Shown here in pieces: positions 1 through 9,348 of a DNA stretch of 64,000 nucleotides; position 1 is the first letter of the stretch, and each line of letters starts with the position of its first letter. The notes beneath the pieces were generated by a model. The model saw nothing but the letters and a program-made list of their open reading frames with translations. It did not search any database and was not told the origin of the DNA. The DNA is from Glycocaulis sp. (GTDB taxonomy: Bacteria > Pseudomonadota > Alphaproteobacteria > Caulobacterales > Maricaulaceae), in assembly GCF_050485565.1 (NCBI RefSeq), contig NZ_JBJHBQ010000009.1:60880-124879 (forward strand), given 5' to 3'. Both the position numbers and the translations under genes were made by a program.

Positions 1-1106
1 AGCGGGAAGTCGTCTGACACGCCGCCGCCGCCATGGGCCTGAATGGCGTCATCGATGACTTTAAGCGCCATGATGGGCGCGGCCACCTTGATCATGGCGA
101 TCTCGCCGCGCGCAGCCTTGTTGCCGACCGTGTCCATCATCCAGGCGGCTTTCAGGGTGAGAAGGCGCGAGGTCTCGATATCGATGCGCGCACGCGCGAT
201 GCGGTGCTCCCAGATCGAGTGCTTGATGACCGGCTTGCCGAAGGCGGTGCGGCTCATCGCGCGCTTCACCATCAGTTCCAGCGCCCGCTCTGCCGCGCCA
301 ATCGTGCGCATGCAGTGGTGGATGCGGCCCGGCCCGAGGCGGCCTTGCGCGATTTCAAAGCCCCGGCCTTCGCCGAGCAGGATATTGCTGACAGGCACGC
401 GCACGTCTTTCAGCTCGACTTCCATATGGCCGTGCGGGGCGTCGTCATAGCCGAACACGGGCAGGTGACGCAGCACCTTCACGCCCTTGGCGTCGGCAGG
501 CACCAGGATCATGGATTGCTGCTTGTGCAGCTCGGCATCGGGGTCGGTCTTGCCCATGACGATATAGACCGCGCAGCGCGGATCACCGGCGCCAGAGCTC
601 CACCATTTGCGGCCATTGATGACGTATTCATCGCCATCGCGACGGATCGAGCACTCGATATTGGTAGCGTCGGACGAGGCCACCGCAGGCTCCGTCATCA
701 GGAAGGCGGAGCGGATCTCGCCAGCCAGAAGCGGTTTCAGCCATGTCTCCTGATGTTCCTTGGTGCCGTAGCGCGAGAGCACTTCCATATTGCCGGTATC
801 GGGCGCGGAGCAGTTGAACACCTCGCTCGCCCAGACTACCCGGCCCATCTCCTCTGCCAGCGGCGCATAGTCCGCATTGGAAAGTCCAGCGCCGTGCTTG
901 TCGTCCGGGTGAAAGAGATTCCACAGCCCTTGCGCCTTCGCCTTGGCTTTCAGCTCCTCGATGATGGGCAGGACCTGCCAGCGATTGGTTCCGAATCCGG
1001 CCAGCTGGTCGTGATAGGTCTTCTCGTTCGGGTAGACGTGCTCGTCCATGAAGGCGCGTACACGGGCCAGATAGTCCTTGCAGCGTGCCGAGTATTCAAA
1101 GTTCAT
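1..1106 (-). CDS. acyl-CoA dehydrogenase family protein (3' end outside window)
   Basis: Minus-strand frame is open from the ATG at 1106-1104 to the window edge. Translation [32 protein letters not shown]...[16 protein letters not shown]...[21 protein letters not shown] looks like ACAD10/11-like FadE enzymes. It is absent from the ORF track because no stop lies in the window. The listed 33..1211 + ORF is its antisense shadow. Confidence 0.85.
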   Translation of the reverse strand, partial: MNFEYSARCKDYLARVRAFMDEHVYPNEKTYHDQLAGFGTNRWQVLPIIEELKAKAKAQGLWNLFHPDDKHGAGLSNADYAPLAEEMGRVVWASEVFNCSAPDTGNMEVLSRYGTKEHQETWLKPLLAGEIRSAFLMTEPAVASSDATNIECSIRRDGDEYVINGRKWWSSGAGDPRCAVYIVMGKTDPDAELHKQQSMILVPADAKGVKVLRHLPVFGYDDAPHGHMEVELKDVRVPVSNILLGEGRGFEIAQGRLGPGRIHHCMRTIGAAERALELMVKRAMSRTAFGKPVIKHSIWEHRIARARIDIETSRLLTLKAAWMMDTVGNKAARGEIAMIKVAAPIMALKVIDDAIQAHGGGGVSDDFP

Positions 1107-1174
1107 CTTGGGTGTCCTCCCTCGCGGTTTTCGCGTGTGCCCGTCATGGGGCAATTTCGTTTGTCCGGACTATC

Positions 1175-1951
1175 ATGGCACTTCCCGCCGCTGATTCCAT
1201 CTGTGACATGACATCTATCCTCATTCTTTTTGCGGTCCTCGCGACCGCCTTCCTGTCGGCTGTCTTCGGAATGGCGGGCGGACTGATCCTGATGGGCGTT
1301 CTGGCCGCCGTCCTGCCGGTGCCCGCCGCGATGGTGATGCATGGCGCGGTGCAGAGCGTGTCCAATGGCTGGCGGGCCGTGCTCCTGCGCCGCTACATCC
1401 TGTGGAAATCCATCGGCTGGTACATGGTGGGCTCGGCCGCCGTCGCGCTCATCCTTCTCAGCTTCACCCTCATCCTGCCGCGCCCCTGGCTCTTCATCGT
1501 GCTGGGGCTGGTGCCGCTGATTGTGTGGCTGCCCAAATCGGTCTTCGCGCTGGATGCCACAAAGCCGGGGCAGGGCGTCGCCTGCGGGGTCAGCGTGACG
1601 GGGCTGAACGTGATCGCGGGCGTGTCGGGGCCGCTGCTCGATACTTTCTACCAGAATGTCGAGGCTGACCGGCGTTCAATCGTCGCCACCAAGGCCGCGA
1701 CCCAGGTCGCCGCCCACGGCGTGAAGATCGCTTACTATATCGCTCCGGCGCTGGCGGCGGGCGAGGGCGGGTCGTTTTGGCTCATCGCGGTGGCGATACC
1801 GCTTTCGGTGATCGGCACGACGCTGGGCGCCAGAGCGCTCGACCGGATGAGCGAGGATGTGTTCCGCCGCTGGACAAAGCGGCTGGTGACCGGGATAGGA
1901 GCGTACTATTTCGTGCAAGGACTGTGGTTGCTCAATGGAGGGGCGGGATGA
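1175..1951 (+). CDS. TauE/SafE (DUF81) family anion exporter-like membrane protein
   Basis: Multi-TM hydrophobic protein. MTSILILFAVLATAFLSAVFGMAGGLILMGVL is typical of the TauE/SafE family. Start is ambiguous (ATG 1175 or ATG 1208); the track start at 1085 overlaps the divergent upstream gene. Confidence 0.7.
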   Translation: MALPAADSICDMTSILILFAVLATAFLSAVFGMAGGLILMGVLAAVLPVPAAMVMHGAVQSVSNGWRAVLLRRYILWKSIGWYMVGSAAVALILLSFTLILPRPWLFIVLGLVPLIVWLPKSVFALDATKPGQGVACGVSVTGLNVIAGVSGPLLDTFYQNVEADRRSIVATKAATQVAAHGVKIAYYIAPALAAGEGGSFWLIAVAIPLSVIGTTLGARALDRMSEDVFRRWTKRLVTGIGAYYFVQGLWLLNGGAG

Positions 1952-2541
1952 GGCTGGAGCCAGCGATACTGGAAAACGCCTATGTGCGCCTTGAGCCGCT
2001 GGAGGATTCCCACCGCGAGGAGATGCGCAGCCTGGCCGATGACAGCGAAATCTGGGCCTTCATGACCCAGCGCGGTGACGGGGCGCATTATGATGCCTGG
2101 TTCGACAATATGCTCGCTGCCAGCGCCGGACCGGCCCAGATCAGCTATGCTGTGTTCGACGCGGCGTCCGGGATGTGTGTGGGCCATAGCGCGTTTCTGG
2201 AAATCAGCGTGCCCCATGCCCGTGTGGAAATTGGCTGGACCTGGTATGGTGCCAGCGTCCGGGGCGGCGCGATCAACCCCGCCTGCAAGCACCTCCTGTT
2301 GGAGCGTGCGTTTGAGGCAGGCGCGCAGCGCGTGGAGCTGAAAACCCATGGCCGCAATCTGCGCAGTCAGCGCGCCATCGCGCGGCTTGGCGCGGTGCAC
2401 GAGGGCGTGCTGCGCAGTCACTATGCCACCTGGACTGGCGACCGGCGCGATACCGTCTATTTCTCTGTCCTGCCCGATGAATGGCCTGGTGTGCGCGAGG
2501 GGCTGGAGCGCCGCCTGCAGGCATTTGCCCCTCCGGCTTGA
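1948..2541 (+). CDS. GNAT family N-acetyltransferase (RimJ/RimL-like)
   Basis: ATGA start/stop overlap with the upstream gene. [22 protein letters not shown]...VEIGWTWYG...[22 protein letters not shown] matches the RimJ/L-type GNAT pattern. Confidence 0.8.
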   Translation: MRLEPAILENAYVRLEPLEDSHREEMRSLADDSEIWAFMTQRGDGAHYDAWFDNMLAASAGPAQISYAVFDAASGMCVGHSAFLEISVPHARVEIGWTWYGASVRGGAINPACKHLLLERAFEAGAQRVELKTHGRNLRSQRAIARLGAVHEGVLRSHYATWTGDRRDTVYFSVLPDEWPGVREGLERRLQAFAPPA

Positions 2542-2573
2542 CCGGCCCGGCCCCAGACCCGACTTTCCCGCCC

Positions 2574-4418
2574 ATGGCCATTATCCGCCGACTCACCCCT
2601 GAAACCGTCAATCGCATCGCCGCGGGCGAGGTGGTCGAGCGTCCGGCCTCGGCCCTCAAAGAGCTGGTCGAGAATGCGCTGGACGCCGGTGCCACGCGCA
2701 TTGATGTACGCGCAGAGCAGGGCGGTCTGACGCGTCTGATCGTTGAAGATGACGGCCATGGCATGGATCGTGACAGCCTTGCCCTGTCGGTGGAGCGCCA
2801 TGCCACCTCCAAGCTGCCGGTGGGGACCGACGGCGCGGATGATCTGTTGAACATCGCCTCCATGGGCTTCCGGGGCGAGGCTCTGCCCTCCATCGGCTCG
2901 GTCGCGCGGCTCTCCATCACCACGCAGGACGCCTCTGGCGATTGCTGGGCGCTGGAGGTGGAAGGTGGCAAGACCGGCGAGCCCCGCCCCGCCCCGCCGC
3001 TGGGGCGCACCGGCACGCGCATCGAGGTGCGTGATCTGTTCTACGCTACCCCTGCGCGCCTGAAATTTCTCAAGTCCGAACGCGCCGAGAGCATGGCCAT
3101 CACCGACGTGATGAAGCGCCTTGCGCTCGCCAGAGCTGATGTCGGCTTTTTCCTCAGTCTTGATGGCCGCTCGCGCCTCGCTTTGCAGGCACCGGGCATG
3201 GTGGACACGCCCGAAGCGCGCCGCACCCGCCTTGCCGCCCTGCTCGACCGGGATTTTGCCGAAAATGCGCTCGCGATCGATACGGTACGCGAGGGCGTCA
3301 GCGTGACCGGCTGGGCCAGCCTTCCTACCTATAATCGCGGCACGAACCAGCACCAGTTCCTGTTCGTCAATGGACGTCCCGTGCGCGACAAGCTGCTGGT
3401 GGGGGCTGTGCGCGGTGCCTATCAGGATTTCCTTGCCCGCGACCGCCATCCGGTCGTGGCGCTTTATGTCGATCTGCCGACCGATGAGGTGGATGTGAAC
3501 GTGCACCCCGCGAAGGCCGAGGTGCGCTTTCGCGATTCAGGCCTGGTGCGCGGGCTGATTGTCGGCGCGCTGCGCCATGCGCTGGCGGGGGCGGGACATC
3601 GTGCTTCCACTACGGTTGCGGCACAGACGCTTGGAAGGCTGCAGCCGCAGAGCGCGCCCACAGGCTCGCTCTGGGCATCCTCCCGCAGTGAATACGGCGC
3701 GCGGGTATCGCCCGCCTATGAAGCCTCGCTCGCCGAGCGTACTGCCCACGAGTTCGATGCCGGAGCGCCGCGCGCCGAACCCTCCGGCTTGGCCTATGCC
3801 GCTCGCGTTGAGGCCGAGCCAGCCCGTGAGCTGGAAGATTTCCCGCTGGGCGCGGCGCGCGCGCAGCTGCATGAGACCTATGTGATCGCGCAGACGGCGG
3901 ACGGTCTGGTGATCGTCGATCAGCACGCCGCCCATGAGCGCCTCGTCTATGAGCGGATGAAGGCGGCGTTGGCCTCCACTGGCGTTGCCCGGCAGGCGCT
4001 GCTGGTGCCGGAGATTGTCGAGATGGACGAGGGCGAGGCGCGCCGCGTGCTCGACCGGGCCGAGGAGCTGGCCGAGCTTGGCCTCGTCATCGAACCCTTC
4101 GGCCCCGGCGCGATTGCGGTGCGCGAAACGCCCGCCCTCCTCAAACGCCTCGATGTGCAGGGCCTGATCCGTGATCTCGCCGACGAGCTCGCTGAATATG
4201 ACGAGGCGTTGTCGTTGAAAGAGAAGCTGGAAGAAGTGGTCGGCACGATGGCCTGCCATGGCTCGGTGCGGGCGGGCCGCCGCCTCACGGGCGAGGAAAT
4301 GAACGCGCTCCTGCGCGAGATGGAAGCCACGCCCCATTCCGGCCAGTGCAATCACGGCCGGCCGACTTATGTCGAGTTGAAGCTTTCCGATATTGAGCGG
4401 CTGTTTGGGCGGAAGTGA
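2574..4418 (+). CDS. mutL: DNA mismatch repair endonuclease MutL
   Basis: [40 protein letters not shown] is a GHKL ATPase N-terminus. The C-terminal domain carries [11 protein letters not shown] and [12 protein letters not shown]...HGRPT. Confidence 0.95.
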   Translation: MAIIRRLTPETVNRIAAGEVVERPASALKELVENALDAGATRIDVRAEQGGLTRLIVEDDGHGMDRDSLALSVERHATSKLPVGTDGADDLLNIASMGFRGEALPSIGSVARLSITTQDASGDCWALEVEGGKTGEPRPAPPLGRTGTRIEVRDLFYATPARLKFLKSERAESMAITDVMKRLALARADVGFFLSLDGRSRLALQAPGMVDTPEARRTRLAALLDRDFAENALAIDTVREGVSVTGWASLPTYNRGTNQHQFLFVNGRPVRDKLLVGAVRGAYQDFLARDRHPVVALYVDLPTDEVDVNVHPAKAEVRFRDSGLVRGLIVGALRHALAGAGHRASTTVAAQTLGRLQPQSAPTGSLWASSRSEYGARVSPAYEASLAERTAHEFDAGAPRAEPSGLAYAARVEAEPARELEDFPLGAARAQLHETYVIAQTADGLVIVDQHAAHERLVYERMKAALASTGVARQALLVPEIVEMDEGEARRVLDRAEELAELGLVIEPFGPGAIAVRETPALLKRLDVQGLIRDLADELAEYDEALSLKEKLEEVVGTMACHGSVRAGRRLTGEEMNALLREMEATPHSGQCNHGRPTYVELKLSDIERLFGRK

Positions 4419-4520
4419 GGGGTGGCCCTCGATCCTTCGAGCGCCACTGCGTCCGCAAGGATGAGGGCTACCAGCTATCACGCCCCTCATGCTGAGGAGG
4501 CTTCGTAGAAGCCGTCTCGA
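4416..4520. repeat. Family-1 palindromic intergenic element, copy 1 of 3
   Basis: About 105 nt of nested inverted repeats: CCCTCGaTCCTTCGAG...AGGATGAGGG...CCCTCATgCTGAGGAGGCTTCG..GCCGTCTCGAAGcACGgGGG. Homologous copies lie at 22288..22389 and 59026..59133. It starts right after the mutL stop in a convergent gap. Confidence 0.85.
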
Positions 4521-4595
4521 AGCACGGGGGCTTTCTGGGTTCCGGGTCTGCGCGCTGACGCGCTCCGCCCGGAATGACGAAAGAGGGGGCTTCAA

Positions 4596-5156
4596 TCACC
4601 CCCTCTTCAGATACACCACCCTTGCAGCGCCGTACTCGCCCTCATCGAGGCGCTCCCAGCCGGGTGTTTCAGGCGTCTCGTCGATACCCACTTCCAGAAC
4701 AGCGATTGTATCGGGGCTGAGCCAGCCGCCATCGAGCAGGCGGGAGAGGGCCAGCTCGCCAAGGCCCTTGCCATAGGGTGGGTCGAGGAAAACGAGATCA
4801 AAGGGTGGCCCAAGATTGGCCGGTTTCGGCCCCATGGCGGTGGCGTCGCGCCGGTGGAGGCGGGTTGTCGCCCAGAGCTGCAACGCCTCGACATTGTCGC
4901 GGATCGCGCCTCTGGCGCCGGCATCGGTCTCGACGAACAGGCAGAAGGCCGCGCCCCGGCTCATCGCTTCGAAGCCCAGCGCGCCGGAGCCTGCAAAGAG
5001 GTCGATCACGCGCTTGTTCTCAAGCCCTTCTGACCAGCTGGCATGGGCCAGCTTGTTGAAAATGCTTTCGCGGATGCGGTCGGCGGTGGGGCGGGTATTG
5101 CGGCCCTTGGGCGCGCTGAGCGCGCGGCCCTTATGGCTTCCGGCGATGATGCGCAT
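4596..5156 (-). CDS. rsmD: 16S rRNA (guanine966-N2)-methyltransferase RsmD
   Basis: MRIIAGSHKGRALSAPKGRNTRPTADRIRESIFN, LDLFAGSGALGFEAMSRGA and FLDPPYGKG motifs. Confidence 0.9.
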   Translation of the reverse strand: MRIIAGSHKGRALSAPKGRNTRPTADRIRESIFNKLAHASWSEGLENKRVIDLFAGSGALGFEAMSRGAAFCLFVETDAGARGAIRDNVEALQLWATTRLHRRDATAMGPKPANLGPPFDLVFLDPPYGKGLGELALSRLLDGGWLSPDTIAVLEVGIDETPETPGWERLDEGEYGAARVVYLKRG

Positions 5157-6096
5157 CGGGCTTTCGGGCCTTGTTGTCGGGGCGTTTGCCGGGGCCGGGC
5201 TTGCCGCGCGGCGCGCCGGGCGAGGGGCGTGCCGGTCCCTTGCCTGCGAGCGCGGGCGGGCGGGAGCGTTCCGGCTTGGAGACGGCCTTGCCGGTCATGT
5301 CGGCCTCGCGCGCGCCCTCCTTCATCGGATAGCCATCGCCATCCAGCGGATAGAGCTTGCCCAGCTGTTCGCGCAGGACAGAGCGGCGGATTTCTTCCGT
5401 CTTGCCCTTTTCCAGCGCGCCAAGCTGGAACGGGCCATAGGCGGTGCGAAGCAGACGGTTCACGGTCAGGCCGACCGCGGAGAGGACTTTCCTCACCTCG
5501 CGGTTCTTGCCTTCTTTCAGGCCGACGGTTAGCCAGGTGTTGGACCCGGTGCGCCGGTCTACCACCACCTCGATGGGGCCGTATTTCACGCCCTCGACTG
5601 TGATGCCCTTTTTCAGCTTCTCGATGGCGTCCTCGGTGATGTCGCCATAGGCGCGCACGCGGTAGCGGCGTGTCCAGCCGGTTGAGGGCAATTCAAGCAC
5701 GCGCGCCAGCTCACCATCATTGGTCAGCAGCAGCAGACCTTCGGAGGTGAGGTCCAGCCGCCCGATCGAGATCACTCGGCCGATTTCCTTAGGCAGGGAC
5801 TGGAAGACCGTCTCGCGCCCCTGCGGGTCGGCATGGGTGGTAACCAGGCCATCGGGCTTGTGGTGACGCCACAGGCGCGTGGGCGGGCGCTCGGCAATGG
5901 GTTTGCCATCCACGCGCACATCGTCGCCGGGGCCGACCTTCACCGCAGGCGTGCGCAGAATCTTGCCGTTCAGGCTCACCCGCCCATCCTCGATCATGCG
6001 TTCGGCTTCACGGCGCGAGGCGACGCCCGCATGGGCGAGCACCTTGGCGATGCGTTCGCCGTCTTGAGCTGATTTGGGGGCAGGGGGCTTGGCCAA
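5131..6096 (-). CDS. rluB: 23S rRNA pseudouridine synthase (RluB/RsuA family) with basic C-terminal tail
   Basis: S4 domain (RIAKVLAHAGVASRREAERMIEDGRVSLNG) plus catalytic core (ISIGRLDLTSEGLLLLTNDGELA). Overlaps the rsmD start by 26 nt. Confidence 0.9.
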   Translation of the reverse strand: MAKPPAPKSAQDGERIAKVLAHAGVASRREAERMIEDGRVSLNGKILRTPAVKVGPGDDVRVDGKPIAERPPTRLWRHHKPDGLVTTHADPQGRETVFQSLPKEIGRVISIGRLDLTSEGLLLLTNDGELARVLELPSTGWTRRYRVRAYGDITEDAIEKLKKGITVEGVKYGPIEVVVDRRTGSNTWLTVGLKEGKNREVRKVLSAVGLTVNRLLRTAYGPFQLGALEKGKTEEIRRSVLREQLGKLYPLDGDGYPMKEGAREADMTGKAVSKPERSRPPALAGKGPARPSPGAPRGKPGPGKRPDNKARKPDAHHRRKP

Positions 6097-6134
6097 GGCT
6101 TGCAGGCGCTCCGGTGAAGGCTTAAGCGGCTCCC

Positions 6135-6599
6135 ATGAGCGACAGCCGCGACATACGCTTTATGGAACTAGCCTTGGGTCAGGCGCAAGCCGCCGCCGCC
6201 GCGGGCGAGGCACCGATTGGCGCGATTATCGTCGATCCTTTGACGGATGAAGTGGTCGCGCTGGCTCATAATGCGCCGATTGCAGGCCATGATCCGAGCG
6301 CACACGCGGAAATTCTCAGCCTGCGCCTGGCGGGCCAGAAAATTGGCAATTACCGGCTGACGGGGCTGGAAATGTTCGTGACGCTGGAGCCGTGCGCCAT
6401 GTGCGCAGGCGCGATCAGCCACGCGCGCATTGGCCGTCTCGTCTATGGCGCATCAGACCCGAAGGGCGGCGCGGTAGAGCATGGCCCGCGCTTCTTCGAC
6501 CAACCCACCTGCCACTGGCGGCCAGATGTGACCGGCGGTGTGCTGGCAGAGCAGAGCGCTGCGCTCCTGAAAGGGTTTTTCAGGGCGAGACGGGGGTAG
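6135..6599 (+). CDS. tadA: tRNA adenosine(34) deaminase TadA
   Basis: CDA zinc motifs HAEILSLR and PCAMCAGAI; size fits TadA. Confidence 0.9.
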   Translation: MSDSRDIRFMELALGQAQAAAAAGEAPIGAIIVDPLTDEVVALAHNAPIAGHDPSAHAEILSLRLAGQKIGNYRLTGLEMFVTLEPCAMCAGAISHARIGRLVYGASDPKGGAVEHGPRFFDQPTCHWRPDVTGGVLAEQSAALLKGFFRARRG

Positions 6600-6654
6600 G
6601 TTTTCTGGCTACCTACCAGCGCGCTTGGGCGGGTAGAGTATACCCGGCACAGCG

Positions 6655-6945
6655 CAGCCGGGTTCCCGGCCCCCGAGCCGGGATCCATGTTTCCAACGCA
6701 CCGTAGGTATCCACGCTATCTCGCGTTTCACCGGCGTACGCCGGTGTCCAGCTTTTACGGTTTCTGGACCCCGACTTGCGTCGGGGAAATGCATGGATCC
6801 CGGGTTCCCCGTTATCACGGGGACAGGCAAGCCCGGGAACCCGGTTTTTGGAACTGCTCAGAATCTTCCGGCCCCGTCAGGGGCCGCAAGGCCGACCGGC
6901 CGCCCGCGCTCGTGCGCGGAACATCGCAGCGCGGATGCGCTGCGC
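6655..6945. repeat. Cluster of GC-rich hairpin/REP-like modules (family 3)
   Basis: Successive hairpins are visible. These are TCCCGGC-N6-GCCGGGA, the perfect palindrome CACCGGCGTACGCCGGTG, CCCCGAC-ttgc-GTCGGGG, TCCCCG-ttatca-CGGGGA nested inside CCCGGGTTC...GAACCCGG, and CGCAGCGC-ggat-GCGCTGCG. The module CCGGGTTCCCGG..CCGGGAyCCATGTTT recurs at 48630-48665. Confidence 0.75.
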
Positions 6946-6957
6946 TACAAAAGTCGC

Positions 6958-7860
6958 CTAATAAGGCTCCGGATAGTCGCCGTCCGGGTCGTCCCCGCGC
7001 GCAAGGCGCTCAAAGGATTCGATCAGCGAGGTGTAGGGCGGCACCGGCGTCAGGCGTATCTGATCGCCGATCAGCACGCTCTGGCGGATCTCGAAATGCA
7101 GGTGGAAAGTGGTCGGCGTGGCACCGAAATGGTTCCAGATAACGCCGATGCGCTCGCCGCGCGCGACCTCATCGCCGGTTTCCACGTCGAGGCGCGCCGG
7201 GTCGAGATGCAGGTAGAGATAGCTGGTGCCGTCATCGGCCAGCAGGGTGACGGTGTGGCTGGAAATGCCGCTGATGACGCCATTATCTGCCGCCACCGCC
7301 CAGAAGCGGTCTTCGGCCCCGTAAGGGCTGCGCGGGCAGCGCGGCGGGCGGATATCCTGCCCCTGATGGCCAGTGCCGCCGGGGCAGAAGGGCGTGGACC
7401 AGCCGCGCGTCTCGCAGAAATTGTCAAACCAGGGATAGTCGTAATTTTCTTCCGCGCACTGGTTCCAGGGCGGGCTGGCATGCATGCCGCCGGGCCGCCA
7501 GAGCTGGGTGTTGGCAAAGGCGCGCGGCACCTCCACCGGGAAGCGCATATGGGCCGAATAGACGGTAGCGGTTTCAACGCCGCTGCCTGACCCTTCGGGC
7601 AGTTCGCCAGCCGGCGTGTAGAACGGCTCATCGCCCAGCCAGTCCTCCAGCACCGCAGGTACGGGCTCGGGTTCCGGTTCAGGTTCCGGCTCTGGTTCCG
7701 GTTCCGGGATTTCCGGTTCTTCCGGCTCCAGCGTTTCGGTTTCTTCGGGCGGATCAACCGGGTCCGGTGCATCCTCCGGCGCAGACGGCCAGAAAATGGC
7801 GGCGATAAGCGCCCCCCCACCTATAATGGCGGCCAGTGTGTAGTCGCGTGCAACGCTCAT
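6958..7860 (-). CDS. M23 family metallopeptidase with N-terminal anchor and (Glu-Pro)n linker
   Basis: M23 signatures GHQGQDI (HxxxD) and FHLHFEI (HxH). N-terminal hydrophobic segment AAIIGGGALIAAIFW, then PEEPEIPEPEPEPEPEPEPEPVP. Confidence 0.85.
   Translation of the reverse strand: MSVARDYTLAAIIGGGALIAAIFWPSAPEDAPDPVDPPEETETLEPEEPEIPEPEPEPEPEPEPEPVPAVLEDWLGDEPFYTPAGELPEGSGSGVETATVYSAHMRFPVEVPRAFANTQLWRPGGMHASPPWNQCAEENYDYPWFDNFCETRGWSTPFCPGGTGHQGQDIRPPRCPRSPYGAEDRFWAVAADNGVISGISSHTVTLLADDGTSYLYLHLDPARLDVETGDEVARGERIGVIWNHFGATPTTFHLHFEIRQSVLIGDQIRLTPVPPYTSLIESFERLARGDDPDGDYPEPY
7665..7730. repeat. Imperfect GGYTCC hexanucleotide tract encoding the (EP)n linker
   Basis: ggctcgggttccggttcaggttccggctctggttccggttccgggatttccggttcttccggctcc, read directly from the sequence. 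Confidence 0.8.
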
Positions 7861-8759
7861 CTTGGCCTCCGCCCGTTATTGCGCGGCGGCAGCCCTTCAG
7901 GCGATCCGCCCGCGACCACCAGCCGTCCGGCAAAGGCGCGGATCGTGTTTTCATCGCGGCATTCGGCGTTCTCGTCCGGGTTGGAGCAGGCGATCAGCAG
8001 GGTATAGGCCGCGCCATAGCGATTAAAGCTCAGCTCCTGACCGTATTCGGTGCGCGTAACCAGCTGGCCTTGCGCGTCGGTCATCGCCATGTACTGGCCC
8101 GCTATCGCCGCGCTGGTCTCCACCGCATGGATCACCCGGCTGCCGGTGATCTGGTACATGATGCCGCGCCGGTGAAAGCTGGCGCTGTAGAAATAGTCCG
8201 ACGCGAAGAACATCATACCGGCAACGCCGCCGCCTTCTTCCTCGCCGCGCGTGTGTGCCGGCTCTGTTTCCAGCGGCAGAAGGACGGGCAGGCGCGGGCG
8301 CATCAGATCTTCGGGCAGCGTGTTGGTGAAGGGCGGTACGCGCGGTGGCGGCTGGGTGGGTACAAAGGCTGCTGGCGTGTCCTGGTTCATCTGCGCCATG
8401 TCGCGGCGCATATCGACGGCCGCCGTGTTCCAGTCTATCGGCGCGAGGGGGTGCCCTTGCGCGTCGTGTTCAGGCTCCTGGGCCTGTGCACCTGCGTCCT
8501 GCGTTTGCTGTCCGGTCTGGGCTTGCTGGGCGAGGGCTTCGCGCAGGGTCGTGGCGTCGAGTTGCCGGATCTGCTCGCGCTGTGGCTGAGCCTCCATGGC
8601 CTGAAGGATGCGTTCGCGCGTCAGCGCCTGTTCACGCACCGTGGCTGGCGGCGCGGATTCCTGTTGTTGCTGGCTGAAATGGGCAAGGCCGGGTGCCGCC
8701 AATGCGACGCTGGTGCCAATAGCCGCCAGGATGTGGAAGCCTGATCGTTGCAATCTCAT
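7857..8759 (-). CDS. secreted hypothetical protein, Gln-rich N-terminal half
   Basis: Signal-like N-terminus (FHILAAIGTSVALAAPGLA) and a Q/A/E-rich low-complexity region, then a globular C-terminal half (GMMFFASDYFYSASFHRRGIMYQITGSR...). ATGA overlap with the downstream M23 gene. No family recognised. Confidence 0.6.
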   Translation of the reverse strand: MRLQRSGFHILAAIGTSVALAAPGLAHFSQQQQESAPPATVREQALTRERILQAMEAQPQREQIRQLDATTLREALAQQAQTGQQTQDAGAQAQEPEHDAQGHPLAPIDWNTAAVDMRRDMAQMNQDTPAAFVPTQPPPRVPPFTNTLPEDLMRPRLPVLLPLETEPAHTRGEEEGGGVAGMMFFASDYFYSASFHRRGIMYQITGSRVIHAVETSAAIAGQYMAMTDAQGQLVTRTEYGQELSFNRYGAAYTLLIACSNPDENAECRDENTIRAFAGRLVVAGGSPEGLPPRNNGRRPR

Positions 8760-8909
8760 GTCCCCTCCCGCCGCAGGGTATGAGAGGTCAGTCTACCACA
8801 CCGCGCGCATTCACGGCAGCGAAAACCGGGAAGGCTGTGCGGGCAGGTCTGTTATTGCGCGCCCTCATGCATTATATGCGGTGCAACATCAGCCAGCCGG
8901 GGAAACCCA

Positions 8910-9275
8910 ATGCAGCTCACCATGATGAAGGCCAAGCTTCACCGCGCCAGCGTGACGCGCGCCGATCTCCACTATGAAGGATCGATCTCGATCGATTCCG
9001 ATCTGCTTGATGCGTCGGGCATTCTGCCAAACGAGCAGGTGGATGTGCTCAACATCAATACCGGTGCCCGCTTCACCACCTATGCCATTCCGGCCCCGCG
9101 CGGCTCGAAGACATTCGGGATTAATGGCGCGGCTGCACGCCTGGCGCAGGTTGGAGACCGCATCATTGTGGTTGCCTATGCGCAGATGGACGCAGAGACC
9201 GCGCGCCAGTTCGTGCCGAACGTGGTGCTGCTGGATGAAGACAATCAGGTCGTGAGCGCCCCGAAGGCGGCGTGA
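8910..9275 (+). CDS. panD: aspartate 1-decarboxylase
   Basis: [25 protein letters not shown] contains the pyruvoyl self-cleavage G-S site; length is typical. Confidence 0.93.
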   Translation: MQLTMMKAKLHRASVTRADLHYEGSISIDSDLLDASGILPNEQVDVLNINTGARFTTYAIPAPRGSKTFGINGAAARLAQVGDRIIVVAYAQMDAETARQFVPNVVLLDEDNQVVSAPKAA

Positions 9276-9291
9276 GGCTTCCTGCTTTAAA

Positions 9292-9331
9292 ATAAAAAAA
9301 TCCCGCCGGTTTGCGCCGGCGGGTTTTTTTT
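9292..9331. terminator. bidirectional Rho-independent terminator (panD / cheZ)
   Basis: A-run, then stem CCCGCCGG (9302-9309), loop tttgcg, stem CCGGCGGG (9316-9323), then a T-run of 8. It sits between convergent genes. Confidence 0.9.
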
Positions 9332-9348
9332 GTGCGTTTCAGCGCCGC

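Noticed and set aside
33-1211. 392-aa plus-strand ORF at the window start
   Set aside because: It is antisense to the acyl-CoA dehydrogenase frame, which has clear family motifs. The composition is Ala/Arg/His/Gly-biased and there is no recognisable domain.
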